Shown here: one piece after another, positions 31,009 to 40,912 of the stretch
How the letters are laid out: each line of letters starts with the position of its first letter
Position numbering within the stretch: position 1 is the first letter of the stretch
Assembly: GCA_017608305.1 (NCBI GenBank)
Contig: JAFCGC010000001.1
Location: 38,744 to 102,743 of the forward strand
Length of the DNA stretch: 64,000 nt
Source of the DNA: Candidatus Pacearchaeota archaeon
GTDB lineage: Archaea; Nanobdellota; Nanobdellia; Pacearchaeales; GW2011-AR1
Direction: 5' to 3'
The notes under the pieces: model-generated
The model's database searches: none
Seen by the model: the letters and a program-made list of their open reading frames with translations, nothing else
Told to the model about the DNA's origin: nothing
Program-made: the position numbers and the translations under genes

Positions 31009-32031
31009 CCCTAAAATCCCTTGGCTCCAAGCGACTCTATGAGTAACTCCTGTTCCTCCAAGAAGAAATTTATTGTCAAGATACCATTGATATGATCTAA
31101 TAAGAGCCTTAGAATTACTATATTTAGGTTTCCAACCCAGATTTTTCTTGATTTTATCTATTGAAACAAAAGAATCTTTTTCGGCAGTTCCATAAACCCA
31201 CTTATAAAGTGGGGAAATTTTGAGGATATCAAAAAATCTTAAGGCCAAAATAACAGGAGCTGCTGGAGTTCTCAGAACTTTTGCACCAGAATTAGCAAAA
31301 TTACATAGTGATGAAACATCTTCCAAAACTGTTCTAAACTCTTCTGCACCCACATTGAAAGTGTCGTTTGCTTTAGATTTAGGATTAGTTAATGTTAAAT
31401 GAATTGCATCAACCAAATCTTCGACTTCTAATAATTGGTACTTATTTTTTCCATTCCCTATTATAGGTATTTTTTTTCCATTTTCTACCCAATCATATAA
31501 AATCTGAAATACTCCTAATCTTGCAGTGCCAATAAAAGTTTTAGGCCGAATTATAGGCACACACAACCCTTTAGACCTATATTTTTCACATAATTTTTCA
31601 GATATTATTTTAGTCTCTCCATAGGGTCCTACCCCTATTCTTGGGTCTTCTTCATAAATAGGATGTTTTTTTGGAACACCATATACTGCTGTAGAGGAAA
31701 TAAACACAACTCTTTTTACTCTATTTTGAAGGGCAGATTCTAAGATATTTTTAGTTCCCCCCACATTAACCTCCCAAATTGTTTGTTTTTTATACAAAGG
31801 AAGAGCAGCGGCACCATGAATTATAAAATCTGGGTTTTCTTTTTTAATTAAATCATTTATTTTTTGTTTATTTCTCACATCTATTTTAAAATATTCTACA
31901 TTATCTGCATACTCTTCTTTATGAAATTCGTCTATGTCCATTACAATTATCTTCTTAAATTTAGGAGCGAGTTTCTTACAGATGTGATAGCCTAAAAATC
32001 CTGCGCCCCCAGTAACCACCAATTTTGTCAT
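30988..32031 (-). CDS. NAD-dependent epimerase/dehydratase
   Basis: GGAGFLG, SSTAVYG, YGETK. Confidence 0.85.
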   Translation of the reverse strand: MTKLVVTGGAGFLGYHICKKLAPKFKKIIVMDIDEFHKEEYADNVEYFKIDVRNKQKINDLIKKENPDFIIHGAAALPLYKKQTIWEVNVGGTKNILESALQNRVKRVVFISSTAVYGVPKKHPIYEEDPRIGVGPYGETKIISEKLCEKYRSKGLCVPIIRPKTFIGTARLGVFQILYDWVENGKKIPIIGNGKNKYQLLEVEDLVDAIHLTLTNPKSKANDTFNVGAEEFRTVLEDVSSLCNFANSGAKVLRTPAAPVILALRFFDILKISPLYKWVYGTAEKDSFVSIDKIKKNLGWKPKYSNSKALIRSYQWYLDNKFLLGGTGVTHRVAWSQGILGLFKKIL

Positions 32032-32081
32032 AAATAAAAACTTGAAGAAAGGTATTTAAAGATTATTCGTATGTTTCATAT

Positions 32082-32945
32082 ATGTTTGGTTTTAAGGATT
32101 TTTTAAGATTATTGAGGGTTGAACAATGGTATAAGAATATAATAATTTTTATTTCAATAATTTTTACATCTAATCTTTTTAATCAAAAAATGTTGTTTTT
32201 GACCCTACTTGGATTTATTTCTCTTTGTTTTATCTCTTCTTCATCATACATAATTAATGATATTTTAGATAGGGAAAAAGACAAAAACCACCCAGAAAAA
32301 AAGAATAGGCCAATAGCTTCTGGTAAAATAAAAAAATCTGGTGCAATAACTGTCTCTCTTTTACTATTTATTGCCTCAATATTAATAGCATGTAATCTGT
32401 CTTTTCTTTTTCTGTACTCTGTATTGGGGTTGTTTATTCTATCTCAAATTTATAGTCTTTATATAAGAAGTATTGCATTTTTAGACATAATTTTCATATC
32501 ATTTAATTTTATTATTAGGGCTATTTCAGGGGCATTTATAATTGAAAAAGGCTTTCCAATATCTTTTTGGGTAGTATTATGTACTTTTTTCTTGTCAATG
32601 TTTTTAGTTAGTTTGAAAAGATCCTTGGAAATTGATTTAAAAGATGCAAAAAAATATCGTCCTAGTTTTAAAGAGAGGGATAAAAAAACTTTAGAAATTT
32701 TATCTATTGTTGCTATTACTTGTGTTTTTATTTTCTTTTGTATATACAGTATTTTGTTTGAAAAACCCTATTTATTAATAAGCGTTCCAATTGCATTATA
32801 TATTATTTTAATGTTTTTTCAGGGTTTTTATAATTGTCCTGAAAAAATTAGAAATCCTGAAAAATTCATTTTCCAGAAAAAAATTATCACGGCAATTATA
32901 CTCTGGATTCTTACTATAATAATAGGATTCTACATTATTACCTAA
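32082..32945 (+). CDS. UbiA-family prenyltransferase, polyprenyl-phosphate phosphoribosyltransferase-like
   Basis: R..QW.KN, YIINDILDREKD..HP.K..RPIASG, KR..E motifs typical of the Rv3806c-like subfamily. Confidence 0.8.
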   Translation: MFGFKDFLRLLRVEQWYKNIIIFISIIFTSNLFNQKMLFLTLLGFISLCFISSSSYIINDILDREKDKNHPEKKNRPIASGKIKKSGAITVSLLLFIASILIACNLSFLFLYSVLGLFILSQIYSLYIRSIAFLDIIFISFNFIIRAISGAFIIEKGFPISFWVVLCTFFLSMFLVSLKRSLEIDLKDAKKYRPSFKERDKKTLEILSIVAITCVFIFFCIYSILFEKPYLLISVPIALYIILMFFQGFYNCPEKIRNPEKFIFQKKIITAIILWILTIIIGFYIIT

Positions 32946-33381
32946 ATAAGAAAGCAAGAATAAAAGAAACTATTCCCAACATGATTCCCCCAACAACATC
33001 AACCCAATCATGCTTTTTTAAATATATTCTAGAATAAATAACTAAAAAACTCAAAATCAAAATTAAGGATAAAATCCAAAGATTATTTAAAAAATTAAAA
33101 ACCAAGAAAATAAAAAGAAAGGTGGTTCTGGCTGTGTGAATACTTGGAAAAGAAGAAGCATCTATTTTTTCTATAAAATTGTTGTGTTTAATTTTTTTGG
33201 GACGAGGTTTAAAATAAAATAAACGTATCAATAAAGTAACTGCATAAATTATTACTAAACCAGCAACTAATTGGGTAAGAAAGATATATTCTTTATTAAA
33301 TAAGAAATAAAGAGAGAAAATAATGTAAAATAAAATTCCCCCTAAAAAAGTTAATTCCTCGAAAAATTTTTTTATGATCAT
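32938..33381 (-). CDS. PAP2 membrane phosphatase
   Basis: RP, SFPSIH, SRIYLKKH...DV. Confidence 0.85.
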   Translation of the reverse strand: MIIKKFFEELTFLGGILFYIIFSLYFLFNKEYIFLTQLVAGLVIIYAVTLLIRLFYFKPRPKKIKHNNFIEKIDASSFPSIHTARTTFLFIFLVFNFLNNLWILSLILILSFLVIYSRIYLKKHDWVDVVGGIMLGIVSFILAFLFR

Positions 33382-33382
33382 T

Positions 33383-34426
33383 TTAATCCTTGAAATAGAG
33401 TTTATAATTTGGGTGATCTTTTAATCTTACTGGAACTTGTTTCACTTTGCTCAAAGGATTTAACCATTTTTCTCTAAATTCCTTATTAAATGTGTGCTTA
33501 CAAATTGATTTTTCCCTTATTAAAGGATGTTGAATAAATCTTTTATAGATTTCTTTTAGAGGTTCTTCTAAAATATTTCCAAAACTTATTTGACAAAAAG
33601 TACATTGCATAACATCTCCATAACAAGTAATATAGAGTTTTTCTATTCCTCCAGGACATAAATTAGGTCCTCTATAATTGTAAGAAGTATCACTCCTTGC
33701 AAGCGGATGTTTTTGTAAAAAACCATAATAATAATTCTTAAATTCAGTTAATCGAAGCTCTGCTTTTCCTGTAAGTTTCCCTGTTGGAGCAGCTAAATTT
33801 AGTAAAGTAAAAAGATTGTATTTTTCACACCACCTAGTTAATTCTTCTATATCTTCTTTGTTGTAGGTCCCAAAACAAGTATTGATACAAACATTTAGCC
33901 CTTCTTCTTGAGCAATAGGTATTAAAGATTTTATTTTTTCCAAATTTCCAGGATCTTTCACAATCTTATCATGAATTTTAGGATTTAAGGATTGCAAATT
34001 AAAAAGAACTGAGTTTAATCCTGCTTTTCTTAATTCTCTTAACCATTTTCTATCAAGCAGTTTTGCATTTGTTGCAATTGAAACTATTCTGTCTTTTTCT
34101 TTAGTTATATGAGCGATTAATTTTTTCAAAAAATCTAGGCCTTTAAGGGTGGGTTCTCCCCCAGTTAAATCAAAATGTGTACATCCAAGACCCTTTAGCT
34201 GATCAACAGCATCACACCATTGATTAAGAGACATTTCCTGTTTTTTTTGAAGAAGGAAGTTGCTAGAACACATCTCACAATTATGATTGCACACAAAAGT
34301 CAAAGCTAGTTGACAATTTCTTACCCTATTTTGACCTAATTTTGCCTTGATAACTCCTTCTGCTAACCTAAATGTGGCTTTTGGAGTTTTAGTCAAAAAT
34401 CTCATGTGTTTTAATAAAGAGGTCAT
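33383..34426 (-). CDS. Radical SAM/SPASM protein
   Basis: CNHNCEMC, TGGEP, CPGG...GDVMQC. Confidence 0.85.
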   Translation of the reverse strand: MTSLLKHMRFLTKTPKATFRLAEGVIKAKLGQNRVRNCQLALTFVCNHNCEMCSSNFLLQKKQEMSLNQWCDAVDQLKGLGCTHFDLTGGEPTLKGLDFLKKLIAHITKEKDRIVSIATNAKLLDRKWLRELRKAGLNSVLFNLQSLNPKIHDKIVKDPGNLEKIKSLIPIAQEEGLNVCINTCFGTYNKEDIEELTRWCEKYNLFTLLNLAAPTGKLTGKAELRLTEFKNYYYGFLQKHPLARSDTSYNYRGPNLCPGGIEKLYITCYGDVMQCTFCQISFGNILEEPLKEIYKRFIQHPLIREKSICKHTFNKEFREKWLNPLSKVKQVPVRLKDHPNYKLYFKD

Positions 34427-34538
34427 TTTCTTAGTAGATATTGCAAAAAGAAAAACCTTTGGTCTATAAAAAGATTATTATTATAGATAGTTATTTTAAA
34501 TACAAATCTTTTTAAAATTAGGAAAAGAATTCAGAATA

Positions 34539-35885
34539 ATGGAGAAAAAAGATAAGATAATCTTAATTCTTTTTGCACTCGGATTGATTTTGTTTGCAAT
34601 ATTTACTACAAAAATAGGTTTTCATGATTCTTATGAATATATCACTATTGCAAAAAATTTTGCAGGAATAGAAAATGTAAATCTTTTTAGCGGGCATTCC
34701 CTAATGTACCCTCTTATTATATCTATATTTCTAAAAATATGGCCCAGTTTTATAATGGTAAAATTTGTTAATGTTTTATGGGTTTTTCTTATTGCAGCCA
34801 TACTCTTATTTTGGTTAAAAAATAAAAAAGCTTTTCTTCTTTTTGTTTTTTCCCCTTTAACATGGTATGTTGGAGTTCAAACAACCCCTATTCTTCCTGC
34901 AAGTTTTTTCTTTTTACTTGCTTTTTTATTTTTTTATAAAAAAGATATCAGATTTAATCTAATTTATTCTGGAATTTTTTTCGGGCTGGCTTGTGCATTT
35001 TATACTCCTATGATTTTGGTTGCAGGAATTTTCATTTTAGTTTATTTTTGGAAAAAGCCTTTAGTTGAGATAATAAAATACTCTTTAGCATTATTTGTAG
35101 GATTTATTCCTAGACTTCTTCAAGACTATTATCTGTTTAAAATGCCAATATATTCTTTAATAAGATATTTTGGATCTAATTTTATTATTAGTTTTGGGCT
35201 ACATCCTAGTACTCCTGAAGTATTATTTCTATCTAATTTAGGGATTTTTCTTATTGTTTTGCTTATTTCACCATTTTTATTTAAAATTTACAAAATGGGT
35301 TTTCATAAAGATAAAGCACTAGTTATTTTCTTGGTTATAAGCGGGTTACTTTTTCTCTTGAAAACAGCAAAATTAAAGTATTTCCTAATTCTTTCACCAA
35401 TAATCTTAATCATACTGAGTAGTAGATTAAGTGAAAAACAAATAAAATGGCATTGTATTTTATCTGTTTTTTTAGTAATTTTTATGTGTTGGAATTTTTT
35501 TATTGTTGGGGAAGATAGAATTATAAGAAAAGATATTAACAATATCATTCAAGAATATGATGTTGATTATATTGTGGTTGGACCTTATGAAGCGCTTAAA
35601 TTTGGGGTTTCTTCTTGGCAAAATCAACCTTATTTTGTGTGGTGGCAAGATTTTACGACTAGTTTAAAAAATGAGACCAGAATAAGAGGGTATGATTTTA
35701 AATTTGATTCTAAAATTCCTCTGAAAGATAAATTAGAGATTAGTGCTTCATTCAATAGATTTGAAGAAAAATCTTATGAAAATTATATTCTAGTAACAAA
35801 ACAAGAATTTCCAGAACTTTCTGAATTTAGATTAGATAAATGTTATGAGAAACTATGTGTATATCAAAAAAATGAAAACAATTAG
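34539..35885 (+). CDS. Multi-pass membrane protein, probable GT-C glycosyltransferase
   Basis: TM then HDSYEY loop, YP, many TM helices, soluble C-terminus. Confidence 0.55.
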   Translation: MEKKDKIILILFALGLILFAIFTTKIGFHDSYEYITIAKNFAGIENVNLFSGHSLMYPLIISIFLKIWPSFIMVKFVNVLWVFLIAAILLFWLKNKKAFLLFVFSPLTWYVGVQTTPILPASFFFLLAFLFFYKKDIRFNLIYSGIFFGLACAFYTPMILVAGIFILVYFWKKPLVEIIKYSLALFVGFIPRLLQDYYLFKMPIYSLIRYFGSNFIISFGLHPSTPEVLFLSNLGIFLIVLLISPFLFKIYKMGFHKDKALVIFLVISGLLFLLKTAKLKYFLILSPIILIILSSRLSEKQIKWHCILSVFLVIFMCWNFFIVGEDRIIRKDINNIIQEYDVDYIVVGPYEALKFGVSSWQNQPYFVWWQDFTTSLKNETRIRGYDFKFDSKIPLKDKLEISASFNRFEEKSYENYILVTKQEFPELSEFRLDKCYEKLCVYQKNENN

Positions 35886-36570
35886 TAGAGTAAAACAAAA
35901 AGGAGAAATTGTCAAAAAAATATATGAAAATAGGTTTTCTAAAACAATTTTATTTAGAAATGAAATTTATAAAATTCTTTGTGATAATTTTTTTCAAAAA
36001 TATGTTCCTAGGAATTCTGTTGTTTTAGATGTTGGGGCAGGATATTGTGAATTCATAAATAACATAAAAGCTAAGACAAAAATTGCTTTAGATTTAAATC
36101 CTGATGTTAAAAAATTTGCAAGAGAAGGGGTAACCCCTATTATTTCTAGTTGTACAAGTATGAAAAAAATAAAAAGTAATAGTGTTGGGGTTATATTTGT
36201 GAATAATCTTTTTGAACATTTAACAAAACAAGAAATTGTTAAAACAATTAAAGAAATCTATAGGGTTTTGGGAAATAAAGGAAGATTATTGGTTCTTCAA
36301 CCCAATATAAGATATTGTTATAAAGATTATTGGATGTTCTTTGACCATATAACTCCTATAGATGATAGGGGTTTGTGTGAAGTTTTAAGGACTAATAATT
36401 TTAAAATAGTAAGATGCAAACCAAAATTTCTTCCATATACAACAAAAAGTAGATTATCAAATCTTCCTAGTTTTTTTTTAAAATTATATCTTAAAGTCCC
36501 TATTTTATCGGGGATTATGCAAAAAATTTTAGGAAAACAAGCTTTTATTTTTGCCATAAAAGATATCTAA
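35872..36570 (+). CDS. Class I SAM-dependent methyltransferase
   Basis: VLDVGAG, NLFEHL, DH motifs. Confidence 0.8.
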   Translation: MKTISRVKQKGEIVKKIYENRFSKTILFRNEIYKILCDNFFQKYVPRNSVVLDVGAGYCEFINNIKAKTKIALDLNPDVKKFAREGVTPIISSCTSMKKIKSNSVGVIFVNNLFEHLTKQEIVKTIKEIYRVLGNKGRLLVLQPNIRYCYKDYWMFFDHITPIDDRGLCEVLRTNNFKIVRCKPKFLPYTTKSRLSNLPSFFLKLYLKVPILSGIMQKILGKQAFIFAIKDI

Positions 36571-36571
36571 A

Positions 36572-37465
36572 CTATCCTATGCTTTTAAAACGCAAATTTT
36601 CTTTATTAAAATCTTGGTTGTCTGATGTTGCTCCTGCAATATTTAACCAATTTTTATCTGATCTAACTCTCTCATTTGATCTCCACATTTCTTCAAGAAG
36701 ATAAGGCCTATACATGTTTTCTCTAGCTAAATAAATTAATGCGTTTAAATCTTTTGGGAGACATTTACCTCCAAACCCAAAATCTCCATCAGGCCCTGGA
36801 ACTCGTAAATGAGTACCTATTCTTTTATCTAATTCTACCACTTTTTTCACTATTTGATAATCTACCCCTACATATTTACAAACTTGATACAATTCATTTG
36901 CCAAAGAAACTTGTCCTACTAAGAAAACATTGTTACAATATTTTATCATTTCTGCGGTTTTTCTGTCTACATTAATATATCTTGCATAAGGAAAAATAGG
37001 AAAATAAACTTGCTGAACTTTTTGAAAATCTTCTAGAGTAGAAGTTCCTATAACAACATAATCTGTATTTTCCATGTCTTGTACAGCGTTTTCTTCTGTT
37101 AAAAATTCAGGATTAAAGGCAATACGGAACTTAAATTTTTCAGTCAGTTTATCTGTTGTTCCTGAAACTGCTGTTGAACGAATAACAATCAGAATATCTT
37201 GAGGATTTCTCCCACATTTCTCTACGGCTTGGGTAAGCTGTTCCATTGAATTATGAACTGGAGAATAATCTATTTCTCCACTTGGTTTCATTGGAGTTGG
37301 GACACAAAGAAAAATAATTTCAGAATTTTCAGCTAAAAATCTAAGATTCTCTTCTGTATTGTAAGGTTCTTTATATTTATCATAAGGAAAAACTTCATGT
37401 GCTCTTTCAATAATTTGCTTAGTTGCCCCTCCTACAACACCTACCCCAATAAATCCTATTTTCAT
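36572..37465 (-). CDS. UDP-glucose/GDP-mannose dehydrogenase family protein (short form)
   Basis: GVGVVG, CVPTP, RST, NPEFL, AEMIKY, GFGGKCLPKD; lacks the usual C-terminal domain. Confidence 0.85.
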   Translation of the reverse strand: MKIGFIGVGVVGGATKQIIERAHEVFPYDKYKEPYNTEENLRFLAENSEIIFLCVPTPMKPSGEIDYSPVHNSMEQLTQAVEKCGRNPQDILIVIRSTAVSGTTDKLTEKFKFRIAFNPEFLTEENAVQDMENTDYVVIGTSTLEDFQKVQQVYFPIFPYARYINVDRKTAEMIKYCNNVFLVGQVSLANELYQVCKYVGVDYQIVKKVVELDKRIGTHLRVPGPDGDFGFGGKCLPKDLNALIYLARENMYRPYLLEEMWRSNERVRSDKNWLNIAGATSDNQDFNKENLRFKSIG

Positions 37466-37479
37466 TTTATTTCTAAATT

Positions 37480-38439
37480 TTATTCTTCTTGAATTTTTCT
37501 TTGAAAAAAATCTGCATTTTCTTTTAATCCTTCAAGAAAATCTATTTTAGGCCTCCACCCTAATTCTTTTTTAATTTTTTTTGAATCTGCTACCAGAATA
37601 GAAGGGTCTCCAAGTCTTCTTTCTGATTCAACAACCTTAAAATCTCTTTTAGTTACTTTTTTAACTGCATCAATTACTTGTTTAACAGAAACTCCTTTTC
37701 CTGTACCCACATTATATATTTTTGATTCTTGATCTAAGTCTTGTAATGCTAAAATGTGAGCATCTGCTAAATCCTGAACATGAACATAATCTCTAATACA
37801 AGTTTTGTCTGGGGTTTTATAATCTGTTCCAAAAATATTTATCTGAGATCTTTTACCGAGTGCTGCTAGCAATACTAAAGGGACTAAATGTGTCTCTGGA
37901 TCGTGTCTTTCTCCTAAATCCCCCATACTTCCAGTAGCATTAAAATATCTCAAAGAGGTAGACTTTATCTCATAAAGAGAATCATACCATTGTAATATTT
38001 GTTCAAACATGAGTTTTGTTTCTCCGTAAAAATTAGCAGGTTTTCTTGTATCTTCTTCTTTAAGGGGCCTGTTTTTTGGAGCATATACTGCTGCTGATGA
38101 AGAATAAATTATTTTCTTCACATTATTTTTTAACATTGTGTCAAGAAGTCTCAATCCATTGATTACATTATTTCCAAAAAATTTAGGAGGATTTTGCATT
38201 GATTCTCCTGCTTCTATAAATCCTGCAAAATGCACAACTGCTTCTGGATTAAATTTTTTAAAGGTTTGATCAAGAAGTTCTTTATTACTTAAACATCCTT
38301 GAACAAAATGAGTATTAACAGACTTCCTGTGACCTTTTATTAAACTATCATAAACTAAAACCTTGTGCCCTTCTTCAATTAATTTTCTTGTTGCTACACT
38401 ACCAATATAGCCCGCACCTCCTGTAATTAGAACTCTCAT
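37480..38439 (-). CDS. galE: UDP-glucose 4-epimerase
   Basis: GGAGYIGS, HFA, YGETK, LRYFN, THLVP, RDYVHV.DLA. Confidence 0.9.
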   Translation of the reverse strand: MRVLITGGAGYIGSVATRKLIEEGHKVLVYDSLIKGHRKSVNTHFVQGCLSNKELLDQTFKKFNPEAVVHFAGFIEAGESMQNPPKFFGNNVINGLRLLDTMLKNNVKKIIYSSSAAVYAPKNRPLKEEDTRKPANFYGETKLMFEQILQWYDSLYEIKSTSLRYFNATGSMGDLGERHDPETHLVPLVLLAALGKRSQINIFGTDYKTPDKTCIRDYVHVQDLADAHILALQDLDQESKIYNVGTGKGVSVKQVIDAVKKVTKRDFKVVESERRLGDPSILVADSKKIKKELGWRPKIDFLEGLKENADFFQRKIQEE

Positions 38440-38552
38440 TTTTAAAAAGAATTGTAAAAACTTTTAAAAGTATTTATGTATCAGAAATATGTTTTTCAAA
38501 TATAGCTTTCTATTAACTAATTGTTTAAAAGATTGAAAATAAAAGAACTATT

Positions 38553-39392
38553 ATGAATATTTTCATAACAGGAAATAAAGGGTTGATTGGTGATGCCTTA
38601 GAAAAAAGATTGGTTAAAGAAGGTCATAAAATTGTAGGAAGTATTGATCATAGATCTGGTTCTGATCTTTCTTGGTTAAAATATTTAAAAGTTGATACTC
38701 CAATAGATATGTTTGTGCATACTGCAGCACATGTTAAGATAAATCAAATGGTGGGTTTTCCTCCAAATGCACATATTAATAATTCAGACGGAACTTTTTA
38801 TGCAATAGATTTTTGTAGAAAACACAATATTCCAAAATTTGTATTTTTTTCTTCTTCAAGAGTCTTAAGTAAAGAAAAAAATGCTTATACTGCTTCTAAA
38901 CTTTATGGTGAAGAATTATGTAAGGGATTTTGTGATTCTTATGGAATGGACTATATTATTATTAGGCCTTCAACAGTCTATGGTGGTTTTTGGGATTTAA
39001 GCAATAGGCTTGTCCATATTTATATAAATGCTGCATTAAAAAATGAAGAATTAAAAATTTTTGGAGATCCTGAAACTAAAACTCTTGATTTTACTTATCT
39101 TGATGATTTTATTGATGGAACAATGTTAGCAATAAATCATCCAGAATGGAATAAAGAATATAATATAAGTGGGGGGGAAGAACTTAAAGTTCAAGAATTA
39201 GCAGAATATATCAAAGAATTAACCCAAAGTGAGAGTAATATTAAAGCATACCCTCAGGAAACAGCACAACCTCAAAAAGTAAGATTAGATTTATCTGAAA
39301 TAAAAAAATTAGGATATAATCCTAAAATTAAAATTCATGAAGGAATAAGAAGAACAGTTGATTGGTATAAAACTTATTTAGGGAAAAATTAA
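38553..39392 (+). CDS. NAD-dependent epimerase/dehydratase
   Basis: TGNKGLIG, YTASK, RPSTVYG, DFTY.DD. Confidence 0.82.
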   Translation: MNIFITGNKGLIGDALEKRLVKEGHKIVGSIDHRSGSDLSWLKYLKVDTPIDMFVHTAAHVKINQMVGFPPNAHINNSDGTFYAIDFCRKHNIPKFVFFSSSRVLSKEKNAYTASKLYGEELCKGFCDSYGMDYIIIRPSTVYGGFWDLSNRLVHIYINAALKNEELKIFGDPETKTLDFTYLDDFIDGTMLAINHPEWNKEYNISGGEELKVQELAEYIKELTQSESNIKAYPQETAQPQKVRLDLSEIKKLGYNPKIKIHEGIRRTVDWYKTYLGKN

Positions 39393-40912
39393 TCTTGTTC
39401 TATTTTCTTTACCATGTCTGTGAAAGCAGGCCTTGTTATTAAAACTCCTGTTGTTATTCCTATTATTGTGGTGACTGCAAATCCTTTTAATAATCCTGCT
39501 CCTGCCCATAACAAAGGAATTAATGCTACTACTGCGGTAAAATAAGCTCCTAAAATAATTGAAAAAGCTCTTTTTAATTTTTGCTTTAAACTTAAAAATG
39601 CACTTTGTTTTGCTTCATCTAAGATAATTATTTGTTGGTCTATTCCTGTACCTATTGTTGCTAAAATTCCTGCAATGCTTGGAAGATCAAGATTCCACTC
39701 GATAAGAGACGCTATTCCTAAAATAATTACTATTTCTGAAATGCTGGTAAATAATAATGCAATTGAAGATTTGAATTTTTTATATCTAAAGAAGATAATA
39801 ATTGATACTGCTACAAGAGCTACTAGGCCTGCTAATAAAATAGTTTTAATAAATTCCTTTCCAAGGATTGGGGAGATTGTGTCTAGTTTGACTATTTCTA
39901 ATTTATATGGTAAACTCCCTGTAATCAAAATTGTTTGTAATTTATGCATTGCTTGTTGGGCATCATCTATTGCTTGGTCTTGGGTTTGGCCTGAGCCTGA
40001 GCCTGAGATTTGAATTTGGGTTGTTACTCTTCCTTTAAGATCTTTTGAAATAAAAAGACTATCAACTAAATTGTCATCTAAATAAAGATCTAATTTTTCA
40101 GATAAATATTCAGGATTATCTAGAGCTACTTCTAAATTATCTGTTATGTCTGCATGTTTTTGTGCTGCTTCACCACTTAGAGTAATAGTAAACATAAAAC
40201 GTGAAGCATATCCTGCTTCAATTTGTTGAGGAACTTCTATTCTAGCACAAGTTGCATCATTTCTACAAACAGATGCTATATCTCTATCTCCTCCAATAAA
40301 AACAGTATCATTTCCTATTTTTGCTTCAAATTTTCCTTGTTTAGAAATTAGGTCTTGTAAATCTTTAGGTGTTGCTCCTGCAATTTCAATCAACATAAAA
40401 TGGTTCCCAGATAAATCTGAAACAGAACGCACATTCATGTCTGCAATCCCATAGACATTTAATCTATTACTAATAACATCTACAAGATCATTTATTTCTG
40501 TTGAAGAAAGTTTTTTACCTTCAGCTTGGACCAATGCCCTAGAACCTCCTGCTAAATCTAATCCTGTTTTGATATTTGTTTTGGGGATCTCTGAAACAGT
40601 TATTTCAGGTGTTTTATTAGAAAAGAATATTATTTCAGAATTTTCAGTTGTAAAGACTGTTTTGATGTTTTCATCAGAATCAGATTTTCCTTGCATAGAA
40701 GCAGAAAAATCTTCAATACTAGTAATTTGTTTTCCATCTACACCCATAATTATTTGGCCTTGTCTTAATCCTTGTTCAAAAGCAGTTGAATTTGCTTCAA
40801 CACTTGTTATTAATACTCCTTTTTCAAAAGAAGGAATTCCAAATATAGATAATAAAGAAAGTGCAAGTACAACTATTAAAATCCATATTCTCCAAGTTAG
40901 TTTAAGTGCCAT
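39389..40912 (-). CDS. secD: Protein translocase subunit SecD (with PDZ-like segment)
   Basis: GLDLAGG, GSLP, LDLPSIAG..A.IGTG.D, L.GFA. Confidence 0.9.
   Translation of the reverse strand: MALKLTWRIWILIVVLALSLLSIFGIPSFEKGVLITSVEANSTAFEQGLRQGQIIMGVDGKQITSIEDFSASMQGKSDSDENIKTVFTTENSEIIFFSNKTPEITVSEIPKTNIKTGLDLAGGSRALVQAEGKKLSSTEINDLVDVISNRLNVYGIADMNVRSVSDLSGNHFMLIEIAGATPKDLQDLISKQGKFEAKIGNDTVFIGGDRDIASVCRNDATCARIEVPQQIEAGYASRFMFTITLSGEAAQKHADITDNLEVALDNPEYLSEKLDLYLDDNLVDSLFISKDLKGRVTTQIQISGSGSGQTQDQAIDDAQQAMHKLQTILITGSLPYKLEIVKLDTISPILGKEFIKTILLAGLVALVAVSIIIFFRYKKFKSSIALLFTSISEIVIILGIASLIEWNLDLPSIAGILATIGTGIDQQIIILDEAKQSAFLSLKQKLKRAFSIILGAYFTAVVALIPLLWAGAGLLKGFAVTTIIGITTGVLITRPAFTDMVKKIEQD

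Noticed and set aside
36572..37465. Pseudogene call for the short UDP-glucose dehydrogenase
   Set aside because: Catalytic motifs are intact, the frame is clean and no remnant C-terminal fragment follows.
39989..40007. (CCTGAG)x3 repeat in secD
   Set aside because: It simply encodes the SGSGSG linker.
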